Source: Guillardia theta CCMP2712
Lineage: Eukaryota > Protista > Cryptophyta
NCBI RefSeq assembly: GCF_000315625.1
Contig: NW_005434583.1
Location: 258,776-322,775 of the forward strand
Reading direction: 5' to 3'
Length of the DNA stretch: 64,000 bases
A program made the position numbers and the translations under genes. Below the pieces are notes generated by a model. It did not search any database and was not told where the DNA came from. It saw nothing but the letters and a program-made list of their open reading frames with translations. Below, in pieces: positions 54,617 to 64,000 of this stretch. The stretch's first letter is position 1, and the number at the start of each line of letters is the position of its first letter.

Positions 54617-54870
54617 ACCGGTGGTGGAAGAAACCCGGTGACTACCAATGAAAGCACATAAGAGGAAAGCACATAACGCTAAGAGAATCTGTGAGTTTGG
54701 GGAGAGAAGAAGGGAGGTGAGATAGAGCAAGAGGAGAAGCGCACTCAAGAAAGACGAGGAAAAACATATCCTGACATTGCTGTGCTATCCCTCAATACCT
54801 CTTTCAGTGTCTGTCTATCTGTCTTTGTCTATACCTGTCTATGTGTCTATGTGTCTATGTGTCTATGTAC

Positions 54871-55165
<295 letters not shown>

Positions 55166-55279
55166 CCTCACTATGTACCTGCCTGTCTGTCATCCTGCTG
55201 GCCTCCACCTCCTCCCCGCATTCCTCCTTCACTCACTTCCGCAAGCCCGCCTCCCGTTCTTTTCCCTGCCCAGTACGAA

Positions 55280-57565
55280 ATGCAGGAAAACGCGACTGCG
55301 GCGATCACTTCGTGGGAGGAAGAGGTACAAGTGTGAGAGGAGGAGCAGAGCAAAGGAGAGCGCAGGGCAGGGCAGGGCAGGGCAGGGCAGGGCAGGGCAG
55401 GGCAGGGCAGGGCAGGGCAGGGCAGGGCAATAGAGGACTCGAACTGATAGGCATGCAGGTCTCTGCGCTTCGCAAGCATGTGGTCCAAAGGTTGAGGTTC
55501 GTTGAGCATGCAACCTTCATGTTGGAGCAGCGGCAAGAAGAGGACGAACAGGAGGAGAGTTCGAGGCGGGCTGCCAGTTTCCCTTCCCCCCCGCGGGCTC
55601 TTCCTTCAGCAAAGCTTGCTCAGTCTGTCTATTCTGGAGGCGGGAAAGAGAAGAAGATGAAAGTAGTAATTAAGCAGGCTGTAACGACGAGACCAAGGCT
55701 ACAAGGAGACAAGGATAAAGAAAACAAGGAGGATACAGATAGTAAACAAGAGGATGGAGATGTTGCTCATCATAATGATACAGATTTATGTGACCATGTT
55801 GCTTGGGTAACTACAAACCAAGATTCAATCGAAACTCATTAGTCTGCAGAGCATGTTGGATAAGAAATTGCAAGAAGCGCGAATGATCCGCACGCAGAAA
55901 GATGATACAAGGGCATTGGAAAGGTAAGGAAGGAACGATAGTCTATCGCTGATGCGAAGATAGCAGGTCCACGGGCGCGAGCGCAACCCCAACGAGCAAA
56001 CTACAAGGCTCAAAGTCAAATAGCGAGGAGATGGTGAAAAATCAGCACAAAAAGGAGGAATCGATTCAATCAGGTTTGCCATTCGACTCCACCTTGGAAG
56101 CTCTTTTGCATCAAGCAAAGGAGCTCGAAGTTTTCAACGCTGAGCATGAATCCTCGCAATCAAGGAAAGGAGTCAAGCAATTTCGTCAGGTGTCTCCGGC
56201 CAAGTCAGGCAAGGCTACAGGAGCCGGAGTAGGGGATTCCCCCAAAACGTCTTATGGCAGAGGACAAGAGGGCCTGGCAAGAAAACGGGACGGCTCTGAT
56301 AGGAAGCATGAAGGAAGACAGATGGTGCAGAGCAGAACAAAGGAGGAATCAGATCGAGGGGAGGCTCGAGGAGAAGGCCCTCCTCAAAAGCAGAAGCTCG
56401 TCGTCGTCACTCACTCAGCTGACCAAATGGACGGGAGTGCGGTGAGCAGATCGGGAAATCCCAACGTCAAGCAGCCAACCCCAGCTGCGCCTGAGCTCAG
56501 GCTTCCAATGCAAAGAGAAGACCGACTACGTCCCCTGAGCAGCCAAAAGAAGACTGAAAAGGCGGAAGATGGAGGGGAGGAGGAGGCATGGAATCAGTAC
56601 GTCAGAAGCTTGGAGCAGGTGACTCTGACTACGTGTGTAGTAGGAAGTGTGTTGACAATGTCTCAGGGAGACGCGGTGGCGGGTGGAATGTTTGCCAGGT
56701 GCGGGGGCGCATGGCTGTCGGAAGAGAGCATGGAGTTGACGTGTAGAGAGCTGGTCCACCTGCTGGAGGAGAGCAGCTTGTCAAAGCTGAGAGGCGATCC
56801 CTCGCTGGTTGAGGTGAGCAAGAGACCCTTGTCGCTGGATCCTAACTGAAGGACAGAATGTATCAGCCGAGGAGGCGGAAAGACTCGTGGCCTTGCATGA
56901 GGCGGTCGTGAGGGAAATACGTGGGATGGAGAGTTGCCGTTTTGCAAGGGGAGAAGGGAAAGAGACTTTGAGAAAGCATGTAGAAGACGTGAAGGAGGCG
57001 CTGAATGAGACGGAAAAAGAGACGAGGATTGAAAGCAGTCTCCTGCCTCAAGATCTTCCATGGGGGGGTGCAGACGAACTGCCTCTGCTCCATTGGATTC
57101 AACGGATTGACGATAATAAGTGGGAGGATGCGAGGAAACGACTCGATTGCTCGTCATTTTGTCGTTTACATGGAGAATCCGAGCAACTGATGGAAGTGAA
57201 TGAGATCAGACAGGAGATGCAAATGAGAATCATGCAGGATCACTTCGCGGACTTGGCAATGCAAAAACTCGGGCGACTGCTGGAGCAGGAAGTTGGGGGG
57301 AGCGATGCGCTCCAACGAGACGTGCTTGAGGTCTACCGCTTCCTCCACTCGGTGAGTATCAGGATATCACGTGTGAGGATCAGTAAGGGGAAAGAGTGAA
57401 CAAGATAGCGAAGGAGCTGTGGGGGGATAGCGGAAGGGAGGGGGGAAAGGAAGTAGGAGGGCGGGCATTTTTGATGGAAGTGGCAGGTGACCGTTAAGAA
57501 TGGCCGTCAAACTTGCGTTGCAGTCCAGCAGAGGCCCGAGAAGGTCTCGTAGCCTCATCAGCTGA
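55280..57565 (+). CDS. Hypothetical multi-exon protein, with (GGGCA)n in the first intron
   Basis: Chain of ORFs ending at 55842, 56849 and 57399 linked by GT-AG gaps. No recognised domain. Confidence 0.45.
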
Positions 57566-60500
57566 ATCTTCTTGTGCCTGAGCCACTGTCCAGTGCTGTA
57601 AATTTATGTTGATTGTACAGAATATCATGCACGCTTTCAAGCGCGATCAGAGTAGAACTTGTTGTAGTCCAGCTGCGAGCAGAGGTTGAGGAGGTGGGGG
57701 TCTCCTCCTCCCCGGCAATACGTCCGCAAGCTCTCGAGCAGCATCGTAACCTTCTCGTCGAACTCTTCTTGGTACTTTTCGACCGTCTCTCGGTGCTGAG
57801 AGTCACGTCAGCTAGCAGAACGACCAAGAAGCAGCATATCAAGGAGATGGCATGATGAAGAGAAACAAGGGAGGGACAAGGGGAAACGACAAGGTGGAGC
57901 AATAACAAGCTTTGAGAGCCATTGAGCAAGCACAAGACTTTGGAGCCAGCACCTTGGGCTCCGAAGCCAAAGTAGAGGCTAAAGCGAAATATTGCTGGCG
58001 AGTGTGACGCTGCTTGACCAGGGAAGAGACACCCTTGTACTCCTCGCTGTCATCACGATCACCGCTTGTGCTTCCATCCATCGATCCTCCCTCTCTCAAG
58101 GAGAAGAGAGATGTCTTCGTCTGCTCTAGGCGTCAGCACAAGCAAAGGTGGGAGGGCAACAGGCCTTGATGTATCTTGCGAACTTCGTGCATGTTGCAAC
58201 AGATCGCGTCAAGAGCTTGAGGAGATGCGGGTCGTTAAGGACAAAAAGCTTGATGCAGGTGTCAAGAAAGCGGTCGTGAATGCGCAGGACGTCTTCCACG
58301 GTCTTAACTTGTCGCATGTTCTCCTGCTCGTCGTCATCATTGAACACTTGATTGTCTCTCAGCAAACCTTGAATGAGTGCCAGCAATTCTCCACCACGTC
58401 ATTCACCAAGAAATGCCTAGAAGAATTATACGAACCTCAGGCGAGATCACATTTCCCACGTAACTCACTGTAGACTTTGTATGAAGTGGAGCATCCGAAA
58501 TCTGTATTGAAAGATGAGAAGATTAAGACAAGCGAATCTCAAGAACACCTCAATGAGAAGTCCAATGCAAACGCATGATGCACTTGAAAGCCTTTCGTCC
58601 CTTGATGGCAAACCCATGCAGCATTGAGCTCTCGCTCCGCAGTCTGCGGTCAAGTTGATGGTGGTGGAATAAGGAGCGACGAAACAATTACCTTGTACAA
58701 GAAGAGATGGCGGAAGAGCCAACGGTATTTGGTCAGAGTCTTGCGCGAGAAGACTATATTCAACGGCCACTCCACCTGCCTCTTCCATTGAGAAGTGTAA
58801 GCGAGATGGTTGCAGACCTTGTAGGAGAGCGCAAAAGTCTCCAGGCCTGTTAAGATTGAAGTTTGTTCGAGAGCTTTACTCTTGATCCCTTTGTCTGTCC
58901 CGTCAATGCTGATCACATTCAACACCTGCACTCCTCGAGTCATTGAATCGGCTTGATTGACTCTGATTCTCTACCTCGTCCAAAGCAGAGCAATTCATCA
59001 TTTGGCAGGCGAGGTCGTCTTTGTAATCATCCGTATTGGCTGTGGATGTGACCAAAGACAAAGAAAGCATCGAATCCAACTTGTTCTTGTTGATATGCTG
59101 CACATCTTTGGAAAGCTCCTCCTGCACATGATACGTTAGTCCTATGGATTCATATCGCAGAACCAACATATGCTGTATCCATGAAATGCACGAACCAATC
59201 CCCAAGATCCAGCAAGAAGTAGTGTTTGACCTGCATGCCTGTGTTATTTGCAAGTCGGACGCAGCTGGTGAGAAATGCGTCAATGTGAGCAACAACTTAC
59301 GCTCTCAAGACGAGTCATCAGATTCTTTTGCTCGGTGAGGAGAGCGAGGACTCTTTGAGATGAAATCGTGTAGGCCTTGCTAACTGCATCATGCAACATG
59401 GCACAGATTTGCCAATTTCACCTGGTCGATTAGAGTGACATAAATTCTGCTGTTTGCGCTGTAGGTGAGCTTGACAGTAGTCGGGAAACAGACCGTTTGA
59501 CCACATTCCCGTAGTACAGTAAGGTACCTGACTCAGTTCTCAGTAATGATAATGGAATGGGAAATATCTAGACTATCTATGATCAAAATAAAAAATTGAT
59601 GGAAACAATTAAAGTCGATCTTAAATACAAATGCTTTTCATACTTTCCGGTTGTCATGATTTTGTGTACAACCTAAGAAAAAGTTTGATTCATCACATTG
59701 TATGTGCAAGATAGCTGCGAGACCTCTTTATCAGACAGGAAGGAAAGAATATGTTGTTCGCGTTTCAAGAATCGCTTTTCCCAGTAAGAATCATCGTAGT
59801 ATGGCCTGACACAATGCGTCAAGACTTGGCATCTTGTCTTTGTTACTTTCACCTGTTCGGTCTTTCCTCCACCATGAATTCGCTGTATGGGTCTTGCACC
59901 ACCCCCTAAAGAAAGAAGGAGCTGAAACTTTGTTGAATTACTGCAGTAATGAACCTGATAGATCCATTTCTCAAGCATCTCAAGGTATGGTACAGAACTC
60001 TTCTGAAGCAAGAAACTGTAAAGCTTTGAGACAGAATAGGAGTAAGTATTTCGAGTAAAGACAACAGATAGCACCTTGGAAGCGTACTGTTCTCCACTCG
60101 CTGCGTTGGCATATGCATGCAACACATTCAAAAGTGCTCCTCCTCTTGAAGCAGACTTTCCATTCTTGCCTGGACAAATATTCGGTACCACTTCAACTTT
60201 CAAGTCACAAATTCACTTGAACTCTCTACGGCTTCGACCAGTTCATACAAAGCACGAAGAGTGTGCATGGCGGGCTGAACATAATACCAAAATTTCTGCA
60301 CAAGACCAGTTATAATCGTATTCTTCTCAATCAAGAACGAGAATTCCTGAAGATTCAATTTTGAAGCAGCGAATTGATACTCTAATTGCGCCACGAGGAT
60401 GAGATACTCTTTGAGGAGTTCTTGAAGGGCAGCACAGAGAGCGTGATTGACAAGTCCTGCCAAGAGTTGATCAGTTCCATGATACAAACTCGAAGGAATT

Positions 60501-61344
60501 CTCACCAAATTCATAATGTTGACGTAATTCTGTGAAACGAACAACTCGAACGTAATACTGGCACAGTGATACCATCCGATCCACCATATCTGAGAGTGAC
60601 AAATCCAAAGATGAATCGTGTTTGACAGTCAAGCCCGGCCCCGAAGCAGTCACCTTATTAGTTGAGATGTCAGTTAGAAGACTTCCATATTAACACGAAA
60701 ACAAGCTGGCAGCAGCAACAGATTTTTTTCTATGTAAACTGAAACTTTTGAGAAAGATGAAGCAAATTCTTGTGCAGTCACAAGAACCTATTGAAAAATT
60801 ATTCAGCTACCTTGATCTTGAGATACTTCCCATCGATGCCTATCATCACTGATAAGAGATCTTCTATGATCTGGGCGAAACAAGTGACTGTCTGATAAAC
60901 CAGCTAGCACAAGGCGTTCACCATGAGCTCCTGCATGGATGTCGGAAAACTTCCTATTTTCTGCTTGCCTTCCTCAGGTTCGGTGCTTTTGGACTCAAAT
61001 AGATGAGAGAGAGTCAAGTAAGGCCTCGATACGGTCCAGCCAGGTGCAACTGGAATGTGTCCGAGAACGGCATTTCCCATAAGACCGGATCCTCCTGTCA
61101 TAGGAAGCCGGCTCTTTCCCGAGGGAGTCATGTAGCCTGGTATGGATGCATGCTCACTGGCTGATCCTCGAGCTATCATTGGGCTCGCTGCTACTTCCGT
61201 CATGCCGCAATCGATTCTGAACTTCAAGGTCAGACAAGAAGCGCTTTGTCGTTCAATGCTATGAACTTTTACATGACGATAAAATGTCTTTCTCCATCTT
61301 AAAATGCATTTGACCTGCTTCAGCCCATCATCCTCACTATTCAT
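57558..61344 (-). CDS. TUBGCP2: Gamma-tubulin complex component 2 (Spc97/GCP2)
   Basis: GIDGKYLK, GLVNHALCAAL..YLILVAQLE, RGGALLNVLH, PYLEMLEKWIYQG, YWEKRF, TTGKYL, GLETFALSYKVEWPLNIV and HDRFLDTC. Start uncertain. Confidence 0.9.
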
Positions 61345-61658
61345 GTGTGTAGGATCTTAGCTACATGCAGCAGCGAAGCTAGACCCATTCTAAACCTTAT
61401 CTTCTTCTACTTCTTCGTCTTCCTTCCGTTAAGTTGACCATCCAATCTCATGCCTTATTAGTTCTCTCTACCCATCAGTCATTCATTTTCCTTTCCATCT
61501 TCAATTTCTCTTCTTCCTTGTCGTCACTGTCCGGCATTGGCATACGGGCTGCATGGCGGGGAACTTGTCTGGGGAACCAAGTTTGATTACAACAGTGAAA
61601 TGTTTGGTAAAATTTCCAATTTTGATCTGAAGGCTTTTTCAAAGGTATCATCACCGAC

Positions 61659-62049
61659 GGTTTAGGGTTTGACCTTTAGGGTTGGACCTAAACCCTAAAC
61701 CCCCTGTTGGGTTCAACACCTGTTGGGTTTAGGGTTTAGGGTTTAGGAACGGGCCCCTTCCCGACCCAGCGGGCCCCTTCCCGACCCAGCGGTTTAGGGT
61801 TTAGGGTGTAGGGTGTAGGGTTTAAGGTTTAGCAGCAGTCTTAGGGTTTAGGGTTTAAGGCGCCGTTATTTTCGGCAGCATGGCTCCTTGCCAGGTGTAG
61901 GGGAAGCCGCCAGGGCGCCAAGGAAGCTGCAAGCGAGAGGTTTGTATACTTCAAATAGCTTTCTAAGTATGGTTCTTCAGTATGATGAAAATGTTCGCAA
62001 CCTGCTGTATCGAAGATCATGCCTTTAGGGTTTAGGGTTTAGGGTTTAG
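61659..62049 (+). repeat. Interstitial telomeric (TTTAGGG)n blocks interrupted by short unique or duplicated inserts
   Basis: Blocks at ~61659-61683, 61726-61747, 61792-61860 and 62024-62049, with one inverted CCTAAACCCTAAACC at ~61687-61701. Confidence 0.9.
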
Positions 62050-62213
62050 CGCCGGTTATTTCAGGCACCATGGCTGCACGCGTGGTGTAGGGGAAGCTGC
62101 CAGGGCGCCAAGGAAGCTGCAAGCGAGAGGTTTGTATACTTCAAATAGCTTTCTAAGTATGGTTCTTCAGTATGATGAAAATGTTCGCAACCTGCTGTAT
62201 CGGAGATCATGCC
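61861..62213 (+). repeat. Diverged ~163-bp direct repeat (61861-62023 and 62050-62213) separated by 26 nt of telomeric repeat
   Basis: Both copies start directly after TTTAG(G). Copy 1 ends ...gatcatgcc followed by TTTAGGG, while copy 2 continues into the long ORF. Confidence 0.93.
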
Positions 62214-64000
62214 AATACACGCAGAGCGGACTTGTGGATGCCTCTGTCCTCGAAGCTGATCTCGTCGAGAGGGTGAAGAGCTTCGCGAAGCGTTATCCGA
62301 ACAGCAGGACAGCCCAGGCTTGCAAGGCTGTGGAGGGATGCACCCCCGACGCTATCGCAGAAGCCATCCGCTCGACATGTCAGCAGGCACGACGTGAGCT
62401 TCTGCAAGAAGCGATGGCTGGATGGAGTGACGCATCCAGAGAGTGGTTTATGCAGCAGATTGAAGAAGCCAAGAAAGAGCAGGTCGAGACATACACCGCC
62501 TCAGCAGGCAACGAGGTGACTTCCTTCATCTCCATGACTCTCCTGGGCATCTCCTCGGTGTATGTCAACCATGAAGAAAAGCTGAAGAAGAAATTTGAAG
62601 AGATCGGACTGATCGTAGACTCAGTGCAAGAGAGTAAAGCAATCATGTGGAAGGCTCCGTATAGACCCGAGATAGCGAGTGCTGAGGAGATCCCGGTGAC
62701 TGTTTCCTTCCTCCGCAATGCACAAGCGGAGAAGCTCTGGCAGGGAAGAGAGGACTTCGCGATCGATGGTCGCAAGTTCACAGCTGTACATGTGAGCATC
62801 GTGCACGATCGATCTTTCAAGATTCGAGCCAAGAGAGGACCCTGGGGCAAAGGGGGCAGCTTGGCAGAGCTGACTCACCTGCTAACCTTGGGCGGCATGA
62901 CAACGGCTGAGATAGCTGCCGTCTATCGCTATCAGCTGCTGCGCCAGTCCCTGGCAGCGGTACAGCTCCAGCCGCTGGCAGGCATGCTGGTCGCTGGGGC
63001 GCCAGGCCAGCAAGTCCACAAAGGCTTAGGTCAGAAAGGCTTCATCGCTGTAGGGGCCAACGTCATCTGGAGACAGAGGGAGGTGGAGTGGATCGTCTCC
63101 TCGAGCTGCCCAGAGGCGAATGATACAGCATTTCGAGCTTTCCGAGAGAGCGAAGCGATGGAGGGAGTACACCTGACTCTGTTCAGCGAGGACCCGAAGA
63201 TCAGAGAGGCGCTCGCAGTCGAGTTGACAGCGGATCGCTTTGTGTCCAGAAATAAGTTGAAGAAGGCATCAAGACTGCAGAAGAAGGCAGGCGGCAAGGA
63301 CGGCAAGGAGATCAAGATCATCATCAAGTCGACGGCGGCATCTGGTCGCTTCACGAGGAAGGAGATGGAGGGGCTGTGCAACGGCGGCAACACGTCTATC
63401 GCAAGAGTCAAGAGAGTCTTGTTGGAGATCGCTAACAGGCTCGAGATCAACGTTGAAGGCATCGACATGGAGGAGGATTTGAACACCAAGTCCTGGAACG
63501 GGTCCAAGCTATGCATCCTCCTCGGCTCCACGGAGGATGCTCGACGCATGATGAAGGAGCTGCCCTTCTATCTCGAAGGCGCAGCAACCAAGCTCGAAGC
63601 AGTCGGCTTCGACAAGGAGCCTGACTCTGAGGCGGCTGGTCAGCGGGGCACCAGCGACGCAGCGCAGCGACAGGAGGAGAGCGAGGGAGAGTGGCTGGAG
63701 TTTACAGACCTGGAGAGGATCACAATGGAGGCAGCATCTCCGTCAAGCCAAGAGGACATGCAGCTCGTCAGCGAGCTGTCAGCAGTCATCGAAGATGCAG
63801 CTTCTTTGAACGAGGCGGGGACGAGCGAGCCGATCAAGCTGGTCCTGGACAAGGCCGTTGGCAACCTCCACGACACGTTCTACTCTCCGGGGAGCCTGGA
63901 GTTCATGTCGCTGGGAGAGTGGGCGAAGATGCCAGAGGACGCAGGGAGTTGGGCGCAACGTTCTCAAGGAGAAGCTGGGGAAGTGGCTGCAGAGCAAGCG
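62036..64000 (+). mobile_element. Putative telomere-associated retroelement: intronless ORF of >600 codons (first ATG 62159) with RRM-like segments, open to the window end
   Basis: Manual translation finds no stop from 62036 to 64000. The ORF abuts telomeric repeats and a duplicated terminus. No RT or endonuclease domain is visible in the window. Confidence 0.55.

Noticed and set aside
61687-61701. CCTAAACCCTAAACC as a telomerase RNA template
   Set aside because: It is embedded in a mosaic of telomeric DNA fragments, with no recognisable promoter or structural elements.
61861-62213. Hammerhead ribozyme in the duplicated element end
   Set aside because: No CUGANGA...GAAA core with flanking stems was found by eye. 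A covariance-model search is still needed.
62207-63997. Minus-strand ORFs over the terminal element
   Set aside because: They are short antisense shadows of the long plus-strand frame and show no RT motifs.

Overview
Gene-dense nuclear DNA from a eukaryote with many short (~40-60 nt) GT-AG introns. Bipartite signal+transit peptides (AF/AAAF motif) on an LHC and a plastid methyltransferase point to an alga with a complex red plastid, most likely a cryptophyte such as Guillardia theta (inference). About 22 genes were recognised by manual exon stitching, so boundaries are approximate. They include a monoglyceride-lipase-like hydrolase, a PDZ protein, an ankyrin/DHHC-family palmitoyltransferase with a DHDC motif, a plastid SAM methyltransferase, an adrenodoxin-type ferredoxin, TM9SF, a PKD2/TRPP channel, a signal-peptide RCC1 protein, NDUFV1, an LHC, a DUF179-SirB1-nucleoredoxin fusion, an RS-S1-SNIP1(FHA) fusion, a MORN protein, a TSSC4-like protein, a cyclophilin-H-like protein and GCP2. 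After GCP2 the sequence changes abruptly to a mosaic of TTTAGGG repeats, then two head-to-tail copies of the same element end separated by telomeric repeats, then a >600-codon intronless ORF with RRM-like segments that runs off the window and is missing from the ORF track. This candidate telomere-associated retroelement is the top finding. Also notable are signal-peptide+LRGG leaders on two proteins and five intergenic GC-rich palindromic-word islands.
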